From assembly GCA_965214935.1 (NCBI GenBank), contig CBDCCS010000018.1, positions 416,001-480,000 on the forward strand: a stretch of DNA of 64,000 nucleotides. Reading direction: 5' to 3'. The position numbers were made by a program, and so were the translations under genes. Source of the DNA: Candidatus Velthaea sp. GTDB taxonomy: Bacteria > Vulcanimicrobiota > Vulcanimicrobiia > Vulcanimicrobiales > Vulcanimicrobiaceae. The notes under the pieces were generated by a model. It did not search any database. It had not been told where the DNA came from and saw only the letters and a program-made list of their open reading frames with translations. This document shows, piece by piece, positions 51,762 through 62,026 of the stretch; within the stretch, counting starts at the first letter, position 1, and the number at the start of each line of letters is the position of its first letter.

Positions 51762-53401
51762 GCGCCGTCGCGGCCCCGCACTTCTCGCCGGTCGAGCGCA
51801 GCATACGCAACGGTCTGCTGTCGTGGCTCGCAACGACCGATCACAAGCGAATCGGCATCCTGTATATCCTCGCGACGCTCGGCTTTTTCTTTGTCGCGGG
51901 CGTTCTGGGTCTGATCATTCGCACGCAACTCGCGCAAGCCAATCTGCATCTGGTCGGGGCGCATGCCTACAATGCGATTTTTACGCTGCACGGCACCGCG
52001 ATGATCTTTTTGTTTGTGGCACCGTTCGGCTTCGGCTTAGCAAATTACTTAGTGCCGTTACAAATCGGCGCGCCCGACATGGCGTTTCCGCGCTTAAATG
52101 CCTACTCGTTCTGGTTGTTTTTGTTCGGCGGAATCAGCGTGTTTGCCGGTGCGACGACCGCTACGGGCGCCGCAGCGGCCGGCTGGACGGCCTACGCGCC
52201 GCTCTCGACGCTCAAGGTCGGCTTCGGATCCGGACAGGATCTGTGGATCATCGGCGTGACGCTGGTGTCGGTATCCTCGATTCTCACGGCCGTCAACTTC
52301 ATGACGACGATCTTCATCTATCGCACGCCGGGGATGACGATGTGGCGAATCCCGATCTTCACCTGGGAAATCGTCGGTACGTCGCTGCTCGTTCTCATGG
52401 CGTTTCCGATGTTGACCGCGGTATTGATGATGTTGCTGGTCGACCGGCATTTCGGCGGACACTTCTTCGATCCGACCGCCGGCGGCAGCGCGATCTTGTA
52501 TCAGCATCTGTTTTGGTTCTTCGGTCATCCCGAAGTGTACGTCATGATTCTGCCGTATTTCGGCGTCGTCACCGAAATCATCGCCGTCTTCTCCCGCAAA
52601 CCGGTCTTCGGGTATACGGGTTTGGTGCTGGCGACTTTTGCTATCGCCGGCCTGTCGATGGGCGTCTGGGCGCATCACATGTTCACGACGGGGGCCGTCG
52701 TCGATCCGTTTTTCTCAGCCGTTTCGTTTTTGATCGCGGTGCCGACCGGCGTGAAGTTTTTCAACTGGATCGGAACGATGTGGCAGGGTCAGCTGACGTT
52801 TCCGCCGCCGATGCTCTTCGCAATCGGCTTTTTGCTCAATTTTCTTATCGGCGGAGTGACGGGTGTAATGATCGCATCACCGCCGATCGATTTCCAAGCC
52901 CGCGATAGCTACTTCCTCGTCGCCCATTTTCACTACGTGCTCGGCGGCGGAAGTTTGTTCGCGATTTTTGCCGCGATCTATTTTTGGTTTCCCAAGATGT
53001 TCGGTTACATGCTTGACGACCGGCTCGGAACGTGGAATTTCTGGCTGCTTTTCGCCGGGTTTAACGTTACGTTTTTCCCGATGCACTTTTTGGGCGTTAT
53101 GGGGATGGTTCGGCGCATCTATACGTATCCCGATCTGCCCGGCTGGTCCGTGCTCAACGGTATCGCGACGGCGGGAGCCGCCATTCAAGCCGTCGGCGTG
53201 TTCGTCTTCATCGCAAATTTGTACGTGTCGAACTGGAAACACGTGCGAGCCGGCGACAATCCGTGGGATGCGTACAGTCTCGAGTGGGCAACGACGTCGC
53301 CGCCGCCCGAACTGAATTTCAATAAAATTCCGCCGGTGCGCTCGGAACGTCCGACCTTCGACCTCAATCATCCCGAGCGGGCGAAGCAGACGCTGCGGTG
53401 A
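51758..53401 (+). CDS. ctaD: Cytochrome c oxidase subunit I (A1 type)
   Basis: TTDHKRIG, FTLHGT, WFFGHPEVY, VWAHHMF, VAHFHYV. Confidence 0.97.
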   Translation: MSAVAAPHFSPVERSIRNGLLSWLATTDHKRIGILYILATLGFFFVAGVLGLIIRTQLAQANLHLVGAHAYNAIFTLHGTAMIFLFVAPFGFGLANYLVPLQIGAPDMAFPRLNAYSFWLFLFGGISVFAGATTATGAAAAGWTAYAPLSTLKVGFGSGQDLWIIGVTLVSVSSILTAVNFMTTIFIYRTPGMTMWRIPIFTWEIVGTSLLVLMAFPMLTAVLMMLLVDRHFGGHFFDPTAGGSAILYQHLFWFFGHPEVYVMILPYFGVVTEIIAVFSRKPVFGYTGLVLATFAIAGLSMGVWAHHMFTTGAVVDPFFSAVSFLIAVPTGVKFFNWIGTMWQGQLTFPPPMLFAIGFLLNFLIGGVTGVMIASPPIDFQARDSYFLVAHFHYVLGGGSLFAIFAAIYFWFPKMFGYMLDDRLGTWNFWLLFAGFNVTFFPMHFLGVMGMVRRIYTYPDLPGWSVLNGIATAGAAIQAVGVFVFIANLYVSNWKHVRAGDNPWDAYSLEWATTSPPPELNFNKIPPVRSERPTFDLNHPERAKQTLR

Positions 53402-53787
53402 GAATCGGCGTTTCGCTCTTCATCTCATCGATGGTTTTCGGCATCTTCATTGCCGGCGTGTACGGCCTTACGACGCATGATATCGTCGGCGTCATGTTTC
53501 TCGGCGCCATGGCGCTCGCGCTGACCGTCGTCGCCGGCTACATCGTCGTCGCCGAACGCGAGGCGAATCTCGCAGGCGATCAGGCCGAAACGACGCCGGC
53601 GGACGTTGCGGGCGAAGAGCTCGGCGTTTTCACTCTTGAAAGTTACTGGCCGATTCTAGCGGCGGCCGGTACCGCGCTGCTGCTCTTCGGTATCGTGTTC
53701 GTGCCGGGAACGTCGATGTGGCTCGCCTTGGCGGGCGTAGCGTTGATTGCGTGGACCTTGCGCTTTCTCGTTCGCGAAAGCACCTGA
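53398..53787 (+). CDS. ctaF: Cytochrome c oxidase subunit 4 (CtaF-like)
   Basis: Four TM segments, AGEELGVFTLESYWP motif; lies between ctaD and ctaE. Confidence 0.75.
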   Translation: MRIGVSLFISSMVFGIFIAGVYGLTTHDIVGVMFLGAMALALTVVAGYIVVAEREANLAGDQAETTPADVAGEELGVFTLESYWPILAAAGTALLLFGIVFVPGTSMWLALAGVALIAWTLRFLVREST

Positions 53788-54395
53788 TGGCCGCCCCGCA
53801 AGCGCGCAGTTCGCAACGTATCAGCGGTGCGCCGCCGTCGCGCGAACTGGCCCTGCGCACGCATCCGCTCGTGTTCGGCGTCGTCTTGTTTCTCGCGTCC
53901 GATTTGATGATCTTCGGCGGCCTGATCGCCGCCTATTTCAACTTGCGGACCATCGCCGACGTGTGGCCGCCGCCCGGGGTCCGTCTCGACCAGCTTTCCG
54001 GCGCCGTCGGTACGGGTATGCTTGCGGTGTCGAGCGCTACGATGCTGTATGCGACGCACTATCTTGCGCGCAACAACTTTACTGCCGCGCGCTTATGGCT
54101 CGGCGTCACGATCTTACTCGGTACGGCTTTCGTGCTGCTGTCGTTCGACGGCTGGTCCAAGAATACGCTGCACGTCGATTCGAACGCGTACGGCTCGCTT
54201 TATTACGTTCTGACCGGCTTTCATGTCTTCCACGTTTCGACCGGCGTGCTGCTGCTCGTCATGCTGTTCTTCAACATGCGCAAAGCGGCATTTCAACGCG
54301 ATCAGCGCGCCGGTGCCGAGGCGATCGGCTTTTTTTGGCACTTCGTGTTCTTTATTTGGGTGCTCGTTTGGGGTTCGATCTTTGTCGTTAAGTAG
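53787..54395 (+). CDS. ctaE: Cytochrome c oxidase subunit III
   Basis: FLASDLMIF, YGSLYYVLTGFHVFHV, FWHFV. Confidence 0.93.
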   Translation: MAAPQARSSQRISGAPPSRELALRTHPLVFGVVLFLASDLMIFGGLIAAYFNLRTIADVWPPPGVRLDQLSGAVGTGMLAVSSATMLYATHYLARNNFTAARLWLGVTILLGTAFVLLSFDGWSKNTLHVDSNAYGSLYYVLTGFHVFHVSTGVLLLVMLFFNMRKAAFQRDQRAGAEAIGFFWHFVFFIWVLVWGSIFVVK

Positions 54396-54422
54396 TACGC
54401 CGGTCGGCGGCGGCCGTTTGCC

Positions 54423-55280
54423 GTGAATAAGGAACTGCTCGTTGCCGCTTTGCTGTCGACGACGGCGCTGGCCGGCGCCGCGTTTGCCGTCGTATTTGCG
54501 ACCAGCGCGCAAACGCAGCTTTGTGCAGCGTTGCTGGTCGTTGCGTTCGGTACGCTGGCCGCCGCGATGGTGGTTTACGAGCACGAGTTGATGCCGCGCC
54601 GCGAAAGCGTCGAGGATCGCGGTTCGCTGCCGTCGGGAAGCGCTCGCGATGATGCCGCGGCAGATTCATTTCTACGCGGTGCCGATGATATCGCCCGTTC
54701 GCGCGGCTGGCTGGTGAAGTTGTTTGCCGGTGCGGTCACGACGCTGGGCGTTGCTTTGCTGTTTCCATTGCGCTCGCTGGCGCCCGCCACCGTGAAGCCC
54801 GCCGATTCGGCGCGAACGAACTGGCGCAAAGGCTCGCGCCTCGTACGCGAAGACGGAACGGCCGTCAAGGCTGCCGACCTGGAAGTGAATTCAATCGTAA
54901 CCGTTTTCCCGGCCGGACACGTCGGACCGCAATTTACCGACGCCATGGCAAACGACGCGACCGTGATCGTACGCGTCCCGCCCGAGGAACTGCATTTACC
55001 GGCCGAGCGCGCCGGTTGGGCGCCGCAAGGCTTAGTGGCATTCTCAAAAGTGTGCACGCATGCCGGTTGCCCCGTCGCGCTCTATCGCGCAGCGGCGCGG
55101 CAGTTATTTTGTCCGTGCCATCAGTCGACGTTCGACGTGCTCAGCGGCGGACAGCGCATATTCGGACCGGCTGCACGCGGATTACCGCAGCTTCCCTTGA
55201 CGGTGGCCGCCGACGGGACGCTCGAAGCATCGGCTGCGTACCGGCAGCCGATCGGCCCCGATAGCTGGGACCGCGCATGA
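54423..55280 (+). CDS. qcrA: Rieske iron-sulfur subunit with N-terminal TM helices
   Basis: FSKVCTHAGCP and CPCHQSTF; GPAARGLPQL. Confidence 0.93.
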   Translation: MNKELLVAALLSTTALAGAAFAVVFATSAQTQLCAALLVVAFGTLAAAMVVYEHELMPRRESVEDRGSLPSGSARDDAAADSFLRGADDIARSRGWLVKLFAGAVTTLGVALLFPLRSLAPATVKPADSARTNWRKGSRLVREDGTAVKAADLEVNSIVTVFPAGHVGPQFTDAMANDATVIVRVPPEELHLPAERAGWAPQGLVAFSKVCTHAGCPVALYRAAARQLFCPCHQSTFDVLSGGQRIFGPAARGLPQLPLTVAADGTLEASAAYRQPIGPDSWDRA

Positions 55281-56665
55281 TCGTTCGCCGAACCGTCCGC
55301 TTTCTCGACGACCGCTTGGGTTCGTCGGCATTTCTCAAAGCGGCGCTCGATAAGGTGTTTCCCGACCACTGGGCGTTTATGCTGGGCGAGATTTGCGTCT
55401 ACGCCTTCATCGTATTGCTTGTGACCGGAACGTACGTCGGATTTTTTTTCAACGATTCGAGTGCGCCGACCGTCTATCACGGCCCGTATAGCTCGCTTGA
55501 CGGCCGCACGGTTCCGGCGTCGTATGCGTCGGTGCTCGATCTGTCGTTCTCCACCCCGCTGGGACTGTTCGTGCGCCAAATGCATCATTGGGCCGCGCTC
55601 GTCTTTACCGGCGCCATCGTCTTTCACATGATGCGAATTTTTTTTACGGGCGCGTACCGCAAGCCGCGTGAGATGAATTGGACGATCGGCGTGCTGCTGT
55701 TTTTGCTTGCGATGGGCGAAGGCTTCATGGGCTACTCGCTGCCGGGCGATCTGCTTTCGGGCGCCGGGTTGCGCATCGCGTACGCGGTTGCGCAATCGAT
55801 TCCGTTTGCCGGATCGTGGCTGGCGCTGTTATTTTTCGGCGGTACCTTCCCGAATCAACAGATGACGCAACGCCTGTATCTTTCGCATGTTTGGATCTTG
55901 CCGCTCATTATCGCCGGAACGATCGCACTCCATCTGGGCATGGTGTGGCGCCAGCATCACACCCAATTCTCCGGACCGGGGCGTACCGAACGGAACGTCG
56001 TCGGTTCGCGCCTGTGGCCGCAATACACGATTAAATCGATCGCATTACTTAGCGCAACCGTCGGCATCTTGGCGCTGCTCGCCGGCTTTTTTACCATCAA
56101 TCCGATATGGGTGTACGGGCCATATGACGGCTGGACGGTCGCATCGCCCGCGCAACCGGATTGGTATGTCGCTTGGCTCGACGGTTCGCTGCGCTTGGGC
56201 CCGGCGCTCGCGCTGCATCTGTTCGGTCATACCATTCCGCCGCTCTTTTGGTCGGGCATCGTGCTGCCCGCGGTGCTCTTCGGCGGGCTGATCGCCTGGC
56301 CGGAGATCGAGCGCATCATCACGCGCGACAATCGCGAACACAATATCGACGACATGCCGTACGACAAGCCTTGGCGGCTCGGCCTCGGCGTTGCCGTCGT
56401 TATGTTTGGTACGGTGCTGGGCATTGCGGGCAGCGACGATATCCAGGCGACGATCTTCCATATCGACGTCGAGACACTGATGATTTTCTATCGGTTCGTG
56501 CTGGTGCTCGCGCCGCTCGTTAGCGGTGCTATCGCGGTGGTAATCGGATTTGAGCTGCGCGCGCGGTTTGCCACGCGCGCGGGCGAAACCCAAGTGCGGC
56601 GAGCCATATTGCGCCGCAATTCCGACGGCGGATTCGATGAAGAACGCAGCGCCACGATCGTATAA
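55277..56665 (+). CDS. qcrB: Cytochrome b subunit of the bcc complex
   Basis: KVFPDHWAFMLGEI, RQMHHWAA, GYSLPGDLLSG, QPDWY. Confidence 0.95.
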   Translation: MIVRRTVRFLDDRLGSSAFLKAALDKVFPDHWAFMLGEICVYAFIVLLVTGTYVGFFFNDSSAPTVYHGPYSSLDGRTVPASYASVLDLSFSTPLGLFVRQMHHWAALVFTGAIVFHMMRIFFTGAYRKPREMNWTIGVLLFLLAMGEGFMGYSLPGDLLSGAGLRIAYAVAQSIPFAGSWLALLFFGGTFPNQQMTQRLYLSHVWILPLIIAGTIALHLGMVWRQHHTQFSGPGRTERNVVGSRLWPQYTIKSIALLSATVGILALLAGFFTINPIWVYGPYDGWTVASPAQPDWYVAWLDGSLRLGPALALHLFGHTIPPLFWSGIVLPAVLFGGLIAWPEIERIITRDNREHNIDDMPYDKPWRLGLGVAVVMFGTVLGIAGSDDIQATIFHIDVETLMIFYRFVLVLAPLVSGAIAVVIGFELRARFATRAGETQVRRAILRRNSDGGFDEERSATIV

Positions 56666-56708
56666 CCGGCGGGCTCGCCGCGCGTTCGGTTCGCGCGTTG
56701 CCGATCGA

Positions 56709-57626
56709 ATGTTTGCGCGCGCGGCCGCCGTGTGCGCTGCGAACGTCGCGCTGCTCGCAGGCGCGCTGTGTGCGCTGCCGGCGAGCGCGGAGGATGCCGA
56801 GCACTGGCTGATCCCCTCGCGGCCGAGTGTTGCGAGCGGTACGCTTCACGAATCGGGTATCGAACGTGGATCGCCCGCGACGATACCGAACTCGAAAACC
56901 GAACTGCTCCGTGAAGGCTCTGCGATCTACGAAACGCACTGCGCGACCTGCCACGGCACGAATCTCGAGGGAATGCGCGGTGTCCCGGCGCTTACGAACG
57001 CCGGTGGCGCTGCGACCGACTTTTACATGACGACGGGCCGGATGCCGCTCGCGGTCAAAGGCGCGAACGTCGATGAAAGCTCTTCGGTCGGGACGACAAT
57101 GGCCGGCGGGACGCAAGCCTATCATCAAGCGCCGCTCTTCGACGCACGGCAAACCGCAGCGCTCGACGCGTATGTTGCAAGCCGCGCGAAGCGGGTGATG
57201 CCGATACCGATCGTCCGGCTCGACCGGGCAAAGTTGCAATCCGGGCGTAAGCTATTCGAAGAAAATTGCGAGGCCTGTCATGGTGCCGGAGCGCAGGGCG
57301 CAACGGCGGGCTATCAGTGGACGGCGCTACCGCTCAAGCTTGCCACACCGACGCAGATCGGCGAAGCAATTCGGATTGGTCCCGGTGTGATGCCGCGTTT
57401 TTCGAGCGCACAGTTATCAGCGGGCGATGTCGACGCTGTCGCGACATACGTGCGCTATCTTGTGACCGAGCCGCAAAATTATGGCGGTACCGTTATGGAT
57501 TACGTCGGGCCGTCCGCCGAAGGTGCGATCGGCGCGTTCTTCGGTGTCGGCATGCTGTTTTGGGTGGTCTATTTCACCGGCACGAAAGCCGACGGCCGGC
57601 GCATGCACGAACGCGACGACAAGTAA
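56709..57626 (+). CDS. qcrC: Di-heme cytochrome c subunit
   Basis: CATCHG and CEACHG, TGRMPL, GPGVMPRF, C-terminal GPSAEG + TM helix. Confidence 0.9.
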   Translation: MFARAAAVCAANVALLAGALCALPASAEDAEHWLIPSRPSVASGTLHESGIERGSPATIPNSKTELLREGSAIYETHCATCHGTNLEGMRGVPALTNAGGAATDFYMTTGRMPLAVKGANVDESSSVGTTMAGGTQAYHQAPLFDARQTAALDAYVASRAKRVMPIPIVRLDRAKLQSGRKLFEENCEACHGAGAQGATAGYQWTALPLKLATPTQIGEAIRIGPGVMPRFSSAQLSAGDVDAVATYVRYLVTEPQNYGGTVMDYVGPSAEGAIGAFFGVGMLFWVVYFTGTKADGRRMHERDDK

Positions 57627-57652
57627 CGCGCTGATGACCGAAGCTGCCGGAG

Positions 57653-60013
57653 CTAGCGAAGCACGGGCTCGCGCGTGAGATCGAGACCGGCACCCGCTTG
57701 TTTGATGATCGATGCAGCCGCTGTGCCGTCGACGGGCCGGGAGAAGTAGTACCCTTGCGCATTCGTGCATCCGAGCCCCCGCAATGCATCGACCTGAACG
57801 AGTGTTTCGGTGCCTTCTGCCGTCGTCGTAAGCGCCAGGCTTTGCGCTAGGGCAATGATCGTCTGAACGATTTCGACGCTGGCCAAACCACTCGTCGCCG
57901 TATCGGTCGCTGCACTTACGAACGAGCGATCGATCTTGATTGAGTCGATCGGCAATTCGCGCAGGTAGGCAAGCGAAGAGTATCCGGTCCCGAAGTCATC
58001 GAGATGAATATGTACGCCGAGCTCGCGCAGTTGCAGCAGAATGATGCGACCTTGCTCGGCGTTTTCCATGAGCACCGTTTCGGTGATTTCTACGTTGACG
58101 CAGTCCGCAGAAAGATGCGATGCGGCCAGCGCGTGCTTGACCATATCGACGAAATTCGGACTCAACAACTGCTTGGCCGAAACGTTGATATTGATGCGCA
58201 ACGCACTCGCGCCGGCAAAAGCTTGCCGCCATTCTTGAAATTGACGACACGCTTCGTGAAACACCCATTCGCCGATCGGGACGATCATGCCGTTCTCTTC
58301 GGCTAACGGCACAAAATCATCGGGCGCCACCAAACCGCGGCGTGGATGACGCCAGCGTACGAGCGCCTCAAAACCGCTGAGACGATTTTCGTGCATCGAT
58401 ACGAGCGGCTGATAAAAGAGACAGAGCTCGCCTCGTTCGAGTGCACGGGCTAAGTCGGTCTCAAGTTCGAGTCTGAGCACCGAAGTGGTCAACAGGTCCT
58501 CGGAGAAAATCTCGTAGCGCTGTTTGCCCAACTGTTTCGCCCGGTACATCGCGATGTCGGCGTTACGCAGTACGTCCTCCGGGCTGTCGGCACTAACGCG
58601 ACTTGTTGCAATCCCGATGCTTGCACTCGAAAATATCTCGTGACCGGCGACGATGAACGGCGTCTCGAACGAGTGCAAGATACGTTGGGCCAGCAAAGTA
58701 GCCACATGAACGTCGGCGAGATCGTCGAGCACGACCACGAACTCGTCGCCGCCCAGCCGAGCCAACGTATCGCCGGCGCGCACGCAGCGTTCCAAACGCC
58801 GCGAGGCTTCGATGAGCACGAGGTCTCCGGCCCGGTGCCCGAGGTTATCGTTGATGACCTTGAAGCGATCGAGGTCGATGAAAAGCATCGCCCATATCCG
58901 GTCGGGCGGATGCCGCTGGGCAACGAAGTGGTTGAGCCGGTCCATGAGAAGTGCCCGATTCGCAAGTCCGGTCAGCTCGTCGTGGAACGCGGCGTATGCC
59001 AGGCGCTCTTGCATTTCTTTGCGCCCCACGATTTCATGCTCGAGCGCTATCTTTTGCGCGATGTTGTGCGACATCGAACGCGTCGTGGCAATCATGAGAA
59101 TTGCGGCCGTGACGACCGCGAGAAAGACGATGCTAAAAACGGTCACTTCGTGTAAGCGCAAGGCCGCAAGACGGCGGTCGAGGACGTCGGCCATACCGTC
59201 GATGCTGGCATCGTACAGCGCCACGGCCGTTCGGAAAGTCGCAATGCGATCGTGCGAAATGTTTGAAAAGCTCGGACCCGGCTGTTGCGGCGAGCGCAAT
59301 GCTGCCGCGAGCAACTTTATCACCGCGGACGTCGACGAGCGCTCTTGCGCGCGCGGGGTGGTGAACGCCGGCGCGAGATACGGAGCCGCGCGCAGAGCGA
59401 TCGTCAAATTGTGATCGATTGCGGCGGTTGCGGTGTCGAGTTGACCGGAAAGGAGCGTTAGCTCGAGCAGATTTGCCGGCAGCGATAGGTTCGTCGGCGA
59501 GCGAACGGCGATGGCGTCGATTTTTGCCATGCCGTCGATGAGGCTGGGCAGCTTATTGACCATCGTATCGCCGACGTAGTAGCCGTCGAGAATCGGATCG
59601 AGTGTGATCTTGGAATTATCCGATACCAGGCCGAGCAAAGTGATCAAATCGTCGAGCGTCGTATCGGCGCGCCTCGTTGCTTGAAATTTGCGCTCGAGGT
59701 CGGCTAACGTCGCGCTCAGCAGCAAGTCGCTGCCTGTCGTTGCGTCCATGTGTCGCGCAGAGTGGAAGTCGGCTTCAACGCGCCGGCTTTGAGACGGGCT
59801 CAGCGCCGACGTCGACTCGGAGATGCGTAACGCTTCGAGATCGCCGAGCAGCGGGCGTAAAGCTTTGGTATAGGTGACGCCGATCCGCTCGGAGCGATAA
59901 AATTCGACGTCCCGCTGTATTTGGAGATACAGTAATGCAACGAGTAAAGCCACCGGAGCGAGAAAGATTGCCCCGATCAACGCCATCTTGCCCTTGAGCG
60001 AGTGCTGTTGCAT
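57653..60013 (-). CDS. Membrane-bound GGDEF-EAL protein with an extracytoplasmic sensor domain
   Basis: Two TM helices, HDELTGLANR, RLGGDEF, EALVRW, DDFGTGYSSL, IKIDRSF; ATG 60013 avoids overlap with ctaG. Confidence 0.92.
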   Translation of the reverse strand: MQQHSLKGKMALIGAIFLAPVALLVALLYLQIQRDVEFYRSERIGVTYTKALRPLLGDLEALRISESTSALSPSQSRRVEADFHSARHMDATTGSDLLLSATLADLERKFQATRRADTTLDDLITLLGLVSDNSKITLDPILDGYYVGDTMVNKLPSLIDGMAKIDAIAVRSPTNLSLPANLLELTLLSGQLDTATAAIDHNLTIALRAAPYLAPAFTTPRAQERSSTSAVIKLLAAALRSPQQPGPSFSNISHDRIATFRTAVALYDASIDGMADVLDRRLAALRLHEVTVFSIVFLAVVTAAILMIATTRSMSHNIAQKIALEHEIVGRKEMQERLAYAAFHDELTGLANRALLMDRLNHFVAQRHPPDRIWAMLFIDLDRFKVINDNLGHRAGDLVLIEASRRLERCVRAGDTLARLGGDEFVVVLDDLADVHVATLLAQRILHSFETPFIVAGHEIFSSASIGIATSRVSADSPEDVLRNADIAMYRAKQLGKQRYEIFSEDLLTTSVLRLELETDLARALERGELCLFYQPLVSMHENRLSGFEALVRWRHPRRGLVAPDDFVPLAEENGMIVPIGEWVFHEACRQFQEWRQAFAGASALRININVSAKQLLSPNFVDMVKHALAASHLSADCVNVEITETVLMENAEQGRIILLQLRELGVHIHLDDFGTGYSSLAYLRELPIDSIKIDRSFVSAATDTATSGLASVEIVQTIIALAQSLALTTTAEGTETLVQVDALRGLGCTNAQGYYFSRPVDGTAAASIIKQAGAGLDLTREPVLR

Positions 60014-60028
60014 GTGAGGATTATCGGC
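60014..60028 (-). promoter_or_regulatory. Sigma28-type -10 element, possible leaderless start
   Basis: Perfect GCCGATAA 7 nt before the ATG; no SD. Confidence 0.5.
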
Positions 60029-60066
60029 AGATCGGGGGGTCTCTCGTTCGCTGTGGTAGCTGCGGC

Positions 60067-60894
60067 TTAGGTTCGCGCGTTCGCGCGTTCGCCTAAACGC
60101 TGCTCGTGCGCGGCCCAGCCAAAGCCGACGAGCATAAATGCCACGAACATACACAGCGTGCTGCCGATCCACATGATTTCGCCCGCCGCTTGCTGATCGC
60201 CTAAGCCCGCGGCGGCATAATGCGGATACAGTACGTGGCGCGCGCTGTTGAGGGTAAATCCGAGCATTCCCTCGGCGGGCATGGCGACGAGCAGATACAG
60301 CATTCGCAAGGGAAACGCGAGCGGATGATCGGCCCACGGCGTCGGGCCGACGGCAACGATCGGCAGCCAGAAAAGGAGCGCCGTGCCGAGGTAGACGGCA
60401 TGTTCGAGGACGTGAATCGTTTCGTCGTCAAGCGCGGCTTCGAAGAAGCCCGTCAAGTGGACGATCCATAGGCCGGCAATAAAGATCGTCCAGGTAGCGA
60501 CCGGAGCGGTGATGATGCGACCCGCGCGGCTTTTCAACAGCCGTACCATTGCGCGCGCGACGTCCGTTCGCGCGGTGCTGAGCAAAAGCAAGAGCGGTCC
60601 GCCCAGCAAAATGCACGGTACGCTAACATCGGTGAGAATGAGATGCGCAACCATGTGCGGCGCGAACGCGATATCGCCGGCGGCATCGAGCGGCGATTCG
60701 ACTGCGACAAGTACGCTCAGTAGACCGGCACAAAAAAATAACGTTCGGCCGCGCGACCAGCGTCGCTTTCGCAATCGCTCGTAGCGATACGTGCCGGTCA
60801 GGTAAACGGCAAACGCGATTGCAATTGAAACGACGACGATCGGATCGAACCGCCAGCGAGCGACGTCACGGACTGCGGAGAACGCGATATCCAT
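60067..60894 (-). CDS. ctaG: Cytochrome c oxidase assembly protein (Caa3_CtaG family)
   Basis: FAPHMVAHLIL, LWIVH, HVLEH, LLFWLP, DQQAAGEIMW. Confidence 0.88.
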   Translation of the reverse strand: MDIAFSAVRDVARWRFDPIVVVSIAIAFAVYLTGTYRYERLRKRRWSRGRTLFFCAGLLSVLVAVESPLDAAGDIAFAPHMVAHLILTDVSVPCILLGGPLLLLLSTARTDVARAMVRLLKSRAGRIITAPVATWTIFIAGLWIVHLTGFFEAALDDETIHVLEHAVYLGTALLFWLPIVAVGPTPWADHPLAFPLRMLYLLVAMPAEGMLGFTLNSARHVLYPHYAAAGLGDQQAAGEIMWIGSTLCMFVAFMLVGFGWAAHEQRLGERANART

Positions 60895-62026
60895 GATCGT
60901 CGTTGCGCTCGAGATACCCGGCGTCGGCGAGCGCCTCGAGCACGTTTTCGGTAATTAAGCGTTCGTTTTTGTTAGGCATACCGGCCCAACGCAGCGCAAT
61001 CTCACCCAGATCGAGTGTCGTTCCCGGCACCAGTAAGTCGCGAATGAACGGCACTTGCAAATTTAGCTTGTCCATTCGCCGCCGGTGCGGTTCGAGCGCC
61101 GCGGCGAACGGATCGGCCGCAACGATGCTCGGTTCCGTCTCTTCCCGCCCGGTCCGGTCGCCGGCAATGCTCTCGATACCGTTCGAGCTTCCGGTCGCGC
61201 CGGAGTTCGCCGCACCGTCGAGCGCCGTTGCACCGGCCTCGAACGCGTCAACGGCATGTGTGTCTCCGCCGACGAGTGCGGGCACGCGCGTCAAGACGAA
61301 TTCGGTTATGCGAGGGAAGCGTTCGGCCAGCGCTACGGCCGCAGTTTGCCAGGGCACTGCGTTCAGAATGCGCGGCTGCTTGGCAACGGAAACGAGAATT
61401 TTTCGAGCAACTTCTTCGGGCGAAACCAGCAGATTCGACGGTGCCGCCGCCATCCCGGCCCGGGACATGAACGGCGTGTCGACGGCGCCCGGATCGACGT
61501 ACGTGACGGCGACGCCGAGCGGAGCCAGTTCGCGCCGCAGAATCGCAGTCGCCGAGCGAATCGCCGCTTTGGCCGGCGGGTAGGCGCCGAAGCCGCCGAG
61601 CGGTATGCGCGCGACGCCCGAACCGAGCACGAACACGTGGCCGCCGGCGCTGCGCAGTGCGCCAAGTGCTTCCCGGACGAGCGCGATCGGCCCGATGACG
61701 TGCGTTCCGAATTGGCGCTCGAGTTCGCTATCGGCTTGCCTGCACAAATCGCCGGTCGACACAAAGCCGGCGTTGTTGACCAGCACGTCGATGGAACCGA
61801 ATTGCGCGAGCGCGCGCGCGACGAGCGGTGCAGCGTTTGCCGCGGCCGCAACGTCGGTTGCGTCGACGGCCACGAAACCGCGCTCCGCTTCGATTTTCGC
61901 TCGCAACGTTTCGAGCGCGGAGCGGTTGCGGCCGACGGCATAGACCGCGTATCCGGCGCGCGCGGCGCGTACGGCAAGGGCGCGGCCGATGCCCGACGAT
62001 GCACCGGTAACGAGCATTGTCTTCAC
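60866..62026 (-). CDS. SDR family oxidoreductase with a C-terminal extension
   Basis: TGASSGIG, NNAG, YPPAK, PGAVDT; about 130 extra C-terminal residues. Confidence 0.88.
   Translation of the reverse strand: MKTMLVTGASSGIGRALAVRAARAGYAVYAVGRNRSALETLRAKIEAERGFVAVDATDVAAAANAAPLVARALAQFGSIDVLVNNAGFVSTGDLCRQADSELERQFGTHVIGPIALVREALGALRSAGGHVFVLGSGVARIPLGGFGAYPPAKAAIRSATAILRRELAPLGVAVTYVDPGAVDTPFMSRAGMAAAPSNLLVSPEEVARKILVSVAKQPRILNAVPWQTAAVALAERFPRITEFVLTRVPALVGGDTHAVDAFEAGATALDGAANSGATGSSNGIESIAGDRTGREETEPSIVAADPFAAALEPHRRRMDKLNLQVPFIRDLLVPGTTLDLGEIALRWAGMPNKNERLITENVLEALADAGYLERNDDHGYRVLRSP

Noticed and set aside
60014..60337. N-terminal extension of the GGDEF-EAL ORF to 60337
   Set aside because: It overlaps ctaG on the same strand; ATG 60013 directly precedes the first TM segment.
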